The position numbers were made by a program, and so were the translations under genes. A DNA stretch of 44,201 nt. Origin: a virus. Lineage: Duplodnaviria; Caudoviricetes. The stretch covers positions 1 to 44,201 of IMG/VR virus record IMGVR_UViG_3300048861_000253; one strand, 5' to 3'. Below, piece after piece: positions 1-7,279 of this stretch. The notes beneath the pieces are model-generated. The model was given only the letters and a program-made list of their open reading frames with translations. It ran no database searches and was not told the DNA's origin. How positions within the stretch are numbered: the stretch's first letter is position 1; each line of letters begins with the position of its first letter.

Positions 1-1071
1 TCAGCGGGTGGGCTTCACTTTGTCACCGCGGCGATTGCGCACGTAGTGCTCCGTCATGCTCACCGAGGTGTGTCCGAGCTGCTTTTGCGCTTGTCGGATG
101 TCGCCGGAACTGTCCGTTTTGTCGGTGCCCGCCTTGGCCCGCAAGTCGCGGAACTGGAAGTCCTTGTCGGCAACACCGGCCGCTCGGCGGGCAGCGCGGA
201 ACCGGCGCTGAAGCGTGTCTAGTGTCATGCGCTGCCCTTGCTCGTTGACGACGATCGCGGTGCTTACCACCTTCAGGCCCGCCTTGCGAGCGCGTATCCG
301 ATCGATCACCGCCTTCAGCTCGCTGGAGACTTCCATGCGTAGCTTTTTCTGAGTCTTTCCCTGCTGGATGTGCAGGAAGCCATCTCGAATGTCTCGCTCG
401 TCGTATAGGAGAGTGTCCTGCGGGCGTTGCCCAGTGAGGTAGGCCAAGTCCATCGCATCGCGCGTCGGAATGTCCGCCTGATCGTAGACCTTCCAGTAGG
501 TATCGTCCTCGACGTAGATGTCGCGGCCGGCCTCGACGTACTTCTTGATGCCCAAGCACGGATTCGCCGCTTTCGTAAGCCCGATCTCGCGTGAGTGGTT
601 GAAGGCGTGAGACAGCACCTCGACGTCCCGATTGGCGCGCACCTGTCCCGCCTTCGGCGGAATCTGACGCTTCTTCGCCTCATACCACTCGATGGCCTTA
701 CGGCAGCGCCAGTGCATATACTGCTTGACGTGCATCGGCTCGATCTCGTCAAGCGGCGCGTCATCGCCGAAGAACTCGAGGAGCAATCCGATCTGCACGA
801 GGTTGGCTTGCTGCGTCGACGCAGCTTTGATCGGAATCACGTCGCGGATGTACGTGTCGAACGCGGCGCGCAGTGTCGGCGCCAGTCCCTTGGGAACTTG
901 CGCCTGCTCGATCTCCGACCAGCGCTTCACAGCAAGAATGAAGTCCTTGCCGAGTGGCTGTTCCTTCCTCGGCGTCCCGCCGTGGTCGTAGTAGTAGTAT
1001 GTGCTCTTGCCCCGATGGCGAGCTCGCATGCCTGGGGGCAGATTGTGGTTTCGAGTCGGCTTGCGGCCCAT
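1..1071 (-). CDS. int: Phage tyrosine integrase
   Basis: LTGQRPQD (R), FRDLRAKAGTD (H/R-x-x-R), LGHTSVSMTEHY (H...Y) catalytic motifs; N-terminal arm-binding-like segment. Confidence 0.95.
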   Translation of the reverse strand: MGRKPTRNHNLPPGMRARHRGKSTYYYYDHGGTPRKEQPLGKDFILAVKRWSEIEQAQVPKGLAPTLRAAFDTYIRDVIPIKAASTQQANLVQIGLLLEFFGDDAPLDEIEPMHVKQYMHWRCRKAIEWYEAKKRQIPPKAGQVRANRDVEVLSHAFNHSREIGLTKAANPCLGIKKYVEAGRDIYVEDDTYWKVYDQADIPTRDAMDLAYLTGQRPQDTLLYDERDIRDGFLHIQQGKTQKKLRMEVSSELKAVIDRIRARKAGLKVVSTAIVVNEQGQRMTLDTLQRRFRAARRAAGVADKDFQFRDLRAKAGTDKTDSSGDIRQAQKQLGHTSVSMTEHYVRNRRGDKVKPTR

Positions 1072-1075
1072 GTCC

Positions 1076-1312
1076 TTATCCCGCGCTCATCAATCGAGGT
1101 TGCCATTTCTTCTTGGGCAGATCGTCACGCGAGGTGCGGCCCTCGATGGCGGCGCGCGCGATGATGGGCCTGCCGCGTGCATTGGTCCAGAACGGAATTC
1201 CCGATGCACGCAGCCATTCGGCCTGCAGTTCTTCGCGCGTCCGGCCGCGGCGCCCGACCTTTACGCCGGTGAGCTCGGCGACTTCTTCCGCGCTGAGGAA
1301 GGTGTCACTCAT
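1076..1312 (-). CDS. Excisionase-like protein (DUF4224-like)
   Basis: FLSAEEVAELTG...QAEWL...GIPF...GRP pattern; directly upstream of int. Confidence 0.8.
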   Translation of the reverse strand: MSDTFLSAEEVAELTGVKVGRRGRTREELQAEWLRASGIPFWTNARGRPIIARAAIEGRTSRDDLPKKKWQPRLMSAG

Positions 1313-1370
1313 TGTTGTTCTCCAGATACCCGCGCTTCACGCGCATGAATTCTTCGATTTGCTGCTGCAT
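1305..1370 (-). CDS. 21-aa micropeptide MQQQIEEFMRVKRGYLENNNE overlapping the xis start
   Basis: Translated by hand; AGGA upstream; stop overlaps start region of the xis-like gene. Confidence 0.35.
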   Translation of the reverse strand: MQQQIEEFMRVKRGYLENNNE

Positions 1371-1414
1371 TTCATTTCCTAAAGTTCCAGGACGGGCGTG
1401 CCGTTACTGCGGGC

Positions 1415-1612
1415 ATGAACAAGCTCAAAGCCCAAACCCTTCTCGACTTTGCCGACGCTGTCGCCATGGCCGACGTCGCCACTAGATACGGAAGCTATGA
1501 CCCGTTCAAGACGGATCACGGCGATTTGTACTGGCGGTCGTTCATTGGCCAGCTCGCCGAACAGGCGCCATACATGTCACTGCCGGACATCATGGCTATC
1601 GCCGAGTCTTGA
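1415..1612 (+). CDS. Small hypothetical protein, antisense to early operon
   Basis: 65-aa ORF with protein-like composition filling an otherwise non-coding gap. Confidence 0.65.
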   Translation: MNKLKAQTLLDFADAVAMADVATRYGSYDPFKTDHGDLYWRSFIGQLAEQAPYMSLPDIMAIAES

Positions 1613-1684
1613 GTCGGTTGTCTCGCGCTGGCCGGCGTAGACCAGTTGCGTCATGCTAGGATCCCGGGTTTGGAGGGGCCGACG

Positions 1685-1912
1685 ATGTTCCAAGTGTCCA
1701 GTGAGGGCGATTACGACATCGAAATCACTTCGAGCGAGCTGATGCGAGACGAAGAAGTTCAAACGCGCCTAGGCATCGCTATATTCCGACGCGGTTCTCC
1801 TGAGGAGGGTCGTGCGTATGTCAGGTTCACCCTATTGACCGGAGAAGCAGCGATTGAGCACGGTCTCCGCGAAGCCCGAATAATGATCAAGAAGGGGTTC
1901 CAGGCGGACTAG
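1685..1912 (+). CDS. Small hypothetical protein (75 aa), antisense to early operon
   Basis: GGAGG RBS before ATG 1685; TGcTAGGAT extended -10-like element upstream. Confidence 0.7.
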   Translation: MFQVSSEGDYDIEITSSELMRDEEVQTRLGIAIFRRGSPEEGRAYVRFTLLTGEAAIEHGLREARIMIKKGFQAD

Positions 1913-2290
1913 CATACCGATTGCGTCTCCCCCTTTGCTCGCCACGCTCGAAGCGGGCGCGACGTTCACGCAATGGCCGGGGTGCGCGTCGTGATCGCAG
2001 CGGAGGCATTTGCGACTGAATGGCTGCGCTGGTGCAATAGCGGCGGCGACGGCTACGGCTAGTCGCATGGCGTCAGACATTGACCCTATGAATCCTTGGG
2101 CCTGCTTCATGACTCCACCGCTAATCAAAGCCTTGGCTGCTTCGATGATCGTGCCGTCGCCAGCTTCACGCAGCCTCGTGCTCATTCCGCAGTCGGTGCA
2201 TTCAAGCCAGTAATCGCCGATGCCGTTGCCTTGGCGGACCGGCACTTTCGTGCAGCCGCAAAGGGCGCAAGGTTCCAAGTGGTTGTTCAT
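1832..2290 (-). CDS. Lar-like (restriction alleviation) zinc-finger protein
   Basis: LEPCALCG...LECTDCG double CxxCG at N-terminus; AAGGGG RBS before ATG 2290; second motif CLRCDHDAHPGHC. Confidence 0.65.
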   Translation of the reverse strand: MNNHLEPCALCGCTKVPVRQGNGIGDYWLECTDCGMSTRLREAGDGTIIEAAKALISGGVMKQAQGFIGSMSDAMRLAVAVAAAIAPAQPFSRKCLRCDHDAHPGHCVNVAPASSVASKGGDAIGMLVRLEPLLDHYSGFAETVLNRCFSGQ

Positions 2291-2368
2291 TTCAATCCCC
2301 TTGCTTGCGCGAGATTCTTTTTCGTCGACACCGTCCGTGCTAGCCTTCGTTGCCAAATCGGAGGTTTT

Positions 2369-2605
2369 ATGAACCGAATGATTGAGTACCGTGGTTTTGA
2401 GATTCATGTAGAGCTGACTCCTGCTGATCGTGATTTTTTTGAAGTAACCTTTCACATAAAGGGCGCTCAGAACATTCAGGTAATCGGCGCACGCGCCGAC
2501 CGCGTGCGCCTTCGTAACGGTCCTTTTACAGAGCGATGGGCCTTTCTGGTCGGCGAAGTGGCCGGACAAGCTGCGATTGATCTCCTGCTGGGCCCTACGG
2601 AATGA
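2369..2605 (+). CDS. Small hypothetical protein (78 aa), antisense to early operon
   Basis: GGAGG RBS; MNRMIEYRGFEIHVEL start; TGcTAGCCT extended -10-like element upstream. Confidence 0.75.
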   Translation: MNRMIEYRGFEIHVELTPADRDFFEVTFHIKGAQNIQVIGARADRVRLRNGPFTERWAFLVGEVAGQAAIDLLLGPTE

Positions 2606-2624
2606 ATGCGCATCTGTGCTCGTC

Positions 2625-2843
2625 TCAATGGCTTGCTGCGTCGCCGGCGGAGGACGGTTGCACGGCCAAATCGAACGCCTCTGCTTGCCGAAGCTGCGCG
2701 GCGATGCGCAGCATTTCGTCGTGGTCGCGCTTCGCTTCCTTGCAATCGTCCCAGCGGTCAAAGGTGGCATGCGCGAAGCGGATTCCCATCGCTTCGCGCT
2801 CAATGATTGCTGCGGCTCGATCAAGCAGTGCACGCGGTTTCAT
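2625..2843 (-). CDS. Hypothetical phage protein (72 aa)
   Basis: ATG overlaps stop of 2840..3808 ORF (ATGA). Confidence 0.7.
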   Translation of the reverse strand: MKPRALLDRAAAIIEREAMGIRFAHATFDRWDDCKEAKRDHDEMLRIAAQLRQAEAFDLAVQPSSAGDAASH

Positions 2844-3808
2844 TTCTCTCTCGCAATAGGTGTTTCGCCGATCCACTCAGCGGGTGAGCAGGGTGAATGC
2901 TGCCGCAGCCACTCTCGGTACTTGGCCGTTTCCAAGGGCTCTAATGCGGTGTGCCCGATGGGCCATCCCATCAACCACTCGACCCATTCCGGGTTCAACT
3001 GGCCACCGTCCGAAGCCATAACCGCGTGATCGATTCTGTCGTTCGCTCGGCTCTTCCCTGTCTTGCGCGTCAGCGCCGCCGGCGACGATCCTTTGCTCGC
3101 GCTCGCGCTCGCGCACGGCGTCGGCCACATCCCCTTGCGCGCCATCAGCGCCAGCGTCGGCCGCTCCGCAGCTCCAGTGCTCAAACTTTTGTTGACCCGG
3201 CCGCTGCCCGCATCGATCGCGCAAGGCGTCGGGAACAACTTCACGTGCCCGGCCAGTCCATAGCTGCGCACGGGATCGAAATTCCCGCGTTTCTCCGCGT
3301 CGTTCCGAATCGGCGTCGGGAATCTCTCCGCGAATCCAGATCCGCTCTCTAAGATGTGGGGCGCCAGTATCGGCCGCAGATAACACTCCCCATTCCGCAT
3401 CGAACCCCATCGAGGCCAAGTCTCCGAGAACTCGTCCGAGTCCCCGAGAAGTGAGCATTGGGCTGTTTTCCACTTCGACTCTGCTGGGCTGTACCTCGCG
3501 AATGATCCGAGCCATTTCGGCCCATAGGCCGCTTCGCTCTCCATCGATCCCTTCGCCGGCGCCGGCTGCGCTGATGTCCTGGCACGGAAAGCCTCCAGCA
3601 ACGACGTCAACAATGTCGCGCCACGGTCGTCCGTCAAAAGTGCGCACGTCACCCCAAATCGGGAAAGGCGGGAAGGTGCCATCGTTCTGTCGTGCCACAA
3701 GAACGGCTTGAGCGTAGGGCTCCGATTCGACGGCGCAGACGCATCGGTGTCCTCGAAGCTGGCCGGCGAGAATGCCTCCACCAGCGCCCGCGAAAAGATG
3801 AAGCTCAT
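2840..3808 (-). CDS. Overlapping-frame C5 methyltransferase beta polypeptide (M.EcoHK31I beta-like)
   Basis: Open 322 codons in an alternative frame; WPRWGSMRNG, three (F/W)PTP repeats, C-terminal LNPEWVEWLMGWP motif-IX-like; ATGA-coupled to neighbours at both ends. Confidence 0.8.
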   Translation of the reverse strand: MSFIFSRALVEAFSPASFEDTDASAPSNRSPTLKPFLWHDRTMAPSRLSRFGVTCALLTDDRGATLLTSLLEAFRARTSAQPAPAKGSMESEAAYGPKWLGSFARYSPAESKWKTAQCSLLGDSDEFSETWPRWGSMRNGECYLRPILAPHILESGSGFAERFPTPIRNDAEKRGNFDPVRSYGLAGHVKLFPTPCAIDAGSGRVNKSLSTGAAERPTLALMARKGMWPTPCASASASKGSSPAALTRKTGKSRANDRIDHAVMASDGGQLNPEWVEWLMGWPIGHTALEPLETAKYREWLRQHSPCSPAEWIGETPIAREK

Positions 3809-3812
3809 TCAT
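2877..3812 (-). CDS. C5 cytosine DNA methyltransferase, alpha polypeptide
   Basis: Motif I LFAGAGG, IV GGFPCQD, VI ENS, VIII HLRERIW, X ALGNGQVP; no recognisable motif IX. Confidence 0.92.
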   Translation of the reverse strand: MNELHLFAGAGGGILAGQLRGHRCVCAVESEPYAQAVLVARQNDGTFPPFPIWGDVRTFDGRPWRDIVDVVAGGFPCQDISAAGAGEGIDGERSGLWAEMARIIREVQPSRVEVENSPMLTSRGLGRVLGDLASMGFDAEWGVLSAADTGAPHLRERIWIRGEIPDADSERRGETREFRSRAQLWTGRAREVVPDALRDRCGQRPGQQKFEHWSCGAADAGADGAQGDVADAVREREREQRIVAGGADAQDREEPSERQNRSRGYGFGRWPVEPGMGRVVDGMAHRAHRIRALGNGQVPRVAAAAFTLLTR

Positions 3813-3996
3813 TCGTCCCTCGTGCAATAACAGCCTGTCCAATAGTGATCGTCACGCGGTGTCCGCTCATCTCAGCGACCGCAGCCACGAAGGCCACGCA
3901 AGCCGTATGCAGAAGCGCGTCAGTGGATCTCTTGGCCTTCCCGAGCGCGTCGAGTGCTTCGATCAGCGTGCGGAAGGTGGAAAGGGCGCGGATCAT
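3805..3996 (-). CDS. Hypothetical phage protein (63 aa)
   Basis: Overlaps both neighbours at start and stop. Confidence 0.65.
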   Translation of the reverse strand: MIRALSTFRTLIEALDALGKAKRSTDALLHTACVAFVAAVAEMSGHRVTITIGQAVIARGTNE

Positions 3997-4502
3997 GCCT
4001 GAGCATCGTGCGAGCGATCGTGCTCAATAGCCTGATCGGGGCTCATCGTGCGCCAGTCCGGCCAGACTCGGCTTTCGTTCTTCGTCTGCTTCGCGACGAT
4101 TGTGTCGATGATCTGTTGCGGCGTTGCGCCGGCGCGCCATGCACCGTCGAGCGAGAGGATCACGACGTCGATCCATTCCTTGATGTCCGTCGGGTCCGAT
4201 TCGATCTCTCGCAGTTCCTTGCGGATGTTATCGACGACGCCCTTCGAGCGCGCCCCGGGTCCGAATGTCCGCTCGGACCATTCGCGCTGCCGCGCGAGAT
4301 GCCCGATGAAGTCGAAGTGATCTGCGGTTCTCGTCATTGCCTGGAGCCGACCGAGTTCATGAAGGACGAGGGTGATCGATTCGGCTTCACTGACCGTAAT
4401 CCCGCGGTCCTCGGTGAAACTCAGCGCTTCACACTCTGCGAAAGACTCGCGCAGGGCGCGCGGCTCAGCAGGCAAGGCCACTTCGTTTTTCTTCTCACTC
4501 AT
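3993..4502 (-). CDS. DUF550 / MazG-like dATP/dGTP pyrophosphohydrolase-domain protein
   Basis: WSERTFGPG...KELREIE...EWIDVVIL..DGAWR...K..KN..R.WPDW signature. Confidence 0.85.
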   Translation of the reverse strand: MSEKKNEVALPAEPRALRESFAECEALSFTEDRGITVSEAESITLVLHELGRLQAMTRTADHFDFIGHLARQREWSERTFGPGARSKGVVDNIRKELREIESDPTDIKEWIDVVILSLDGAWRAGATPQQIIDTIVAKQTKNESRVWPDWRTMSPDQAIEHDRSHDAQA

Positions 4503-4715
4503 CTCATCCTCATTCTTGTTTCGCGCGCTTCGAGGGAGTCGGGGAGCGCGCGGTGTTGCACCTGAGTTGATGACACTCTTTCGAATCAGCCTCGACGCAT
4601 CTCTTCTCCCGTTTCTGCAAGCAGATGTTCAAAGGGTGTAAAGTCGCGTAGCTAAATCCGTGCGCTTCGCAACGTCGTACGAAGCGACCGTTTGTCGACT
4701 TGCCCAGGTGTTGCA

Positions 4716-4979
4716 ATGACATCGTCGATCAATGTGCATGCGGTTAGATTCGGAGGTGACCAGCACTTCCACTATGTAATCAATGGAGCTCTCGTACGAA
4801 TTGCTGTAACGCATGACAGCCTTTGCCGTGTTTTTGGATCGGACGGAAGCGCCACCGGCGACCATGACGCGCTGCAATGCAACATCATTGAAATTCTTCA
4901 CGTGGCTGTCGCGAAGGCGTATACGTCGAAGCACCGCCCCGTCGTTCTTTCGACTTCCGATTTCGGATCACGCCCGTAG
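4716..4979 (+). CDS. DUF1488-like small protein, antisense to early operon
   Basis: 87 aa; V.IAVT.DSL...FG core and C-terminal VVLSTSDF recalled as DUF1488-like. Confidence 0.6.
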   Translation: MTSSINVHAVRFGGDQHFHYVINGALVRIAVTHDSLCRVFGSDGSATGDHDALQCNIIEILHVAVAKAYTSKHRPVVLSTSDFGSRP

Positions 4980-5120
4980 ATCAGGTTTGCGAGAATCTCA
5001 GTTGATGTCGCTGCAGCCCTGTGGCCCTCGCGGGGGCTAACTATCACGGTCAAAGGTGCAACGCCATCAAATCAGACGGCCGGATTACGCGCCGGCGCGC
5101 GGTGTGGTTGAGGGAAATGG

Positions 5121-5954
5121 TTACTCGGGCGTGCCGAGCAGAATCTTGGTTGCCGTCTGCTCTTCGATCTGCGCCCAAGCTGCGCGGAACGCAGCTTCGA
5201 GCACCTTGTGCGGGCGGATCAGCTCGTACCAGATCTTCAGCACGCCATCCTTGATGCGGTACTTGATCCGCGCGTCGATCGAGTAGGGCGCGCCGTTCTC
5301 GAAAACCGGGATGCTGAGAGTAATTTGGGACGGCATTGCGATCTTGTTGCCAGTGGCGTTCACGTCTTCCCTCCAGACGAAGTTCGTGCTTCCGTCCTGT
5401 AGGCGCGCCGCCGACACGAAGTTGCCTTCCTTGCTGGCTTCAAAATTCAGCGCGACGCTGAGCATCGTCGAGCCGTCAGGGCTGGTGATGTCCGGCAGGT
5501 TGTCTTCGATCAGCTCTGCAAGCTCAAGCTGGCCCATCGGCTGACGATCCTTGCCGGTCCACGTTTTCCACTCTCGCGACGCCGGCACCGGGAACTCGAC
5601 GCGGTAGGCGCGCCAGTTGGCGCCGTCATGCTCGTCCTGGAGCGAGCCATACGCACGGTGGTCGTCGATCACGCCGAGGATGCGGGCCGGGTCGAGCGAT
5701 GCGTAAATGAGGCTCTCGGGCCGCTTCTGACGATTGAAGTACTCGATGAAGCTCGTTGCGTCGCGTAGCTTGACCGTCCCGGCGGCGCGCGCCGGGCTCT
5801 CGAACACGTCATCGAGCGTCTGGGTCCGGAAGCCTTCCGGAACGATCACAAACGGCTTGCCATCGGGCAGCGGGCTTTTGATCGGCTCCGCGAGCGACAC
5901 GCCGGCAGCGAGGAGGGCGGCGACGTCTTTCTCGCCTTTGAAGTTTTCGAGCAC
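5121..5954 (-). CDS. DUF2303 (YfdQ-like) phage protein
   Basis: SFIEY, IDDH, SREWKTW, AELIEDN, IPVFENG motifs. Confidence 0.85.
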   Translation of the reverse strand: MLENFKGEKDVAALLAAGVSLAEPIKSPLPDGKPFVIVPEGFRTQTLDDVFESPARAAGTVKLRDATSFIEYFNRQKRPESLIYASLDPARILGVIDDHRAYGSLQDEHDGANWRAYRVEFPVPASREWKTWTGKDRQPMGQLELAELIEDNLPDITSPDGSTMLSVALNFEASKEGNFVSAARLQDGSTNFVWREDVNATGNKIAMPSQITLSIPVFENGAPYSIDARIKYRIKDGVLKIWYELIRPHKVLEAAFRAAWAQIEEQTATKILLGTPE

Positions 5955-5996
5955 GAGGTTTCCTTGGTGGAGTTGAGGGGCCGCGGTGGAGCGCGA

Positions 5997-6338
5997 TCAG
6001 CCGTACGAGGCGGATCGGCCGCTGGAATTGCTGTCTGCCAGCGAGATGCCCGGCAGTTCGGTCTGCCGTTCGCTGTGGCGCGACAGGTTGTTCTCGACGG
6101 TCGGGAAGAAGACTTCAGCCGATTCCTTTTCGCGCGGCAGGGTGGCGACAACCTTGCCGGTCACCTCGAGCGCGTCCTGCACCTTGGCGAACGGCTTGAC
6201 CTCGAGGGTGATCGTGATCTTTCCGGCCTTGCCGGTGTCGCGCACCATCGCGACAAGGGTGTTCAATTCGTTGGTCGCCTCTTCGACGACTGCGCCGCCG
6301 CGCAACTCCATCAGCGTCTGCGTGAAAGCTTTCTTCAT
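5997..6338 (-). CDS. Conserved phage protein usually upstream of DUF2303
   Basis: V..V..TGKAGKITITL.V...FF...NNLSR pattern; GGAGG RBS before ATG 6338. Confidence 0.8.
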   Translation of the reverse strand: MKKAFTQTLMELRGGAVVEEATNELNTLVAMVRDTGKAGKITITLEVKPFAKVQDALEVTGKVVATLPREKESAEVFFPTVENNLSRHSERQTELPGISLADSNSSGRSASYG

Positions 6339-6448
6339 CCGATCCTCCGATTGTGTTGTTGATTCGGTAAGCCGCCTAGCGGGCGGCATCCCCCTTCGCT
6401 ACTGGCCAGATGGCCGCGGTGTTCCCGTTCGCCCGCCGGGCGAGGTAT

Positions 6449-6577
6449 TCAGTGCGCTGCCGGCCAGCTGATGCGCTTCTTCCGCTGCTCAATCTCGCTC
6501 AAACGTTCGTCAGCGCCCCGGACGATCAAGTACGCCATTGCGCCGCAGATAAGCAGTCCTGCGCAGATAGACAACAT
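6449..6577 (-). CDS. 42-aa single-TM micro-protein MLSICAGLLICGAMAYLIVRGADERL...
   Basis: Hand translation; hydrophobic N-terminus; AAGG upstream. Confidence 0.5.
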   Translation of the reverse strand: MLSICAGLLICGAMAYLIVRGADERLSEIEQRKKRISWPAAH

Positions 6578-6601
6578 GGTGAGCCTTTTCGGGAAGTTGA
6601 T

Positions 6602-6724
6602 TCAGATGCAGCGCACGTGAGCGCAGCGTTCCATTTCAGCCTGGCGGTGCGACGTTTCAGAGTCGAGCAGAAGGAAGACGGCCGCGACGATCAGAATGAC
6701 GCCCCAGATGGTCAGGATCTTCAT
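6602..6724 (-). CDS. 40-aa single-TM micro-protein MKILTIWGVILIVAAVFLLLD...
   Basis: Hand translation; ATGA overlap with upstream ORF. Confidence 0.6.
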   Translation of the reverse strand: MKILTIWGVILIVAAVFLLLDSETSHRQAEMERCAHVRCI

Positions 6725-6879
6725 TGCCAGATAGCCTTAGCGGGCACTGCCACGCACAGGAACCAGATGAAGCCGATGACTGCCATGACCGCGACGCGCT
6801 GAATGAGGCTATAGATCCGATCGACCTTCTCAAGCCGCGCAATGTTCAGCAGGGCGTTGTCGTTGAGTGCGCGTTCCAT
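6721..6879 (-). CDS. 52-aa micro-protein with C-terminal TM, first gene of PL operon (MERALNDNALL...)
   Basis: Hand translation; GAGG RBS; about 45 nt downstream of PL -10. Confidence 0.65.
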   Translation of the reverse strand: MERALNDNALLNIARLEKVDRIYSLIQRVAVMAVIGFIWFLCVAVPAKAIWQ

Positions 6880-6923
6880 CGTTTCCTCTCTTGTTCTCAC
6901 CGGCGTGGTGAGTGCATGGAGAA

Positions 6924-6986
6924 ATATTACTAGCGAGTAATAGCCTTGTCAATACTAAATGGTAATTAAAGCCTAAATTTGGTAAT
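6924..6986 (-). promoter_or_regulatory. PL promoter with OL operators
   Basis: TTGACA (6947-6952)-17-TAATAT (6924-6929) on minus strand; ATTAC-N6-GTAAT at 6926-6941 with variants at 6951-6966 and 6971-6986. Confidence 0.85.
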
Positions 6987-7231
6987 GCTGTGCCCGAAGC
7001 CCGCTTCTTATCCTCAAAAACAATCGCTTGTGGTGACTGACGAAGCCTCGGCATGTCGCTTTTTTGTCACTCGCGGCGTCTATCGGCTCGGAATTTCTGT
7101 GCGCGGAAACGTTTTTGTGTGCGTCGCGACAAATGTGGTAATGACAGCCGGGTCGGCTGAACACAGGGGCATATCTGCGTCTTTTTGGGGGTGAGACGTT
7201 GCAGAGGTGCAACGTTTGCGCACGAGCGGGC

Positions 7232-7256
7232 AAAAAAAAGCCCGCGAAGCGCGGGC
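7232..7256 (-). terminator. Intrinsic terminator after lipoprotein gene
   Basis: GCCCGCG-3nt-CGCGGGC stem followed by T8 on minus strand. Confidence 0.85.
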
Positions 7257-7279
7257 CTTGTTCTGAAATTCTGGATTCT

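Noticed and set aside
1832-2833. 333-aa ORF as a single gene
   Set aside because: The 5' half overlaps better-supported genes; RBS and Zn-finger start point to ATG 2290
4545-4563. TTGCAC motifs as sigma54 or sigma70 promoters
   Set aside because: No GG at -24 and no properly spaced -10
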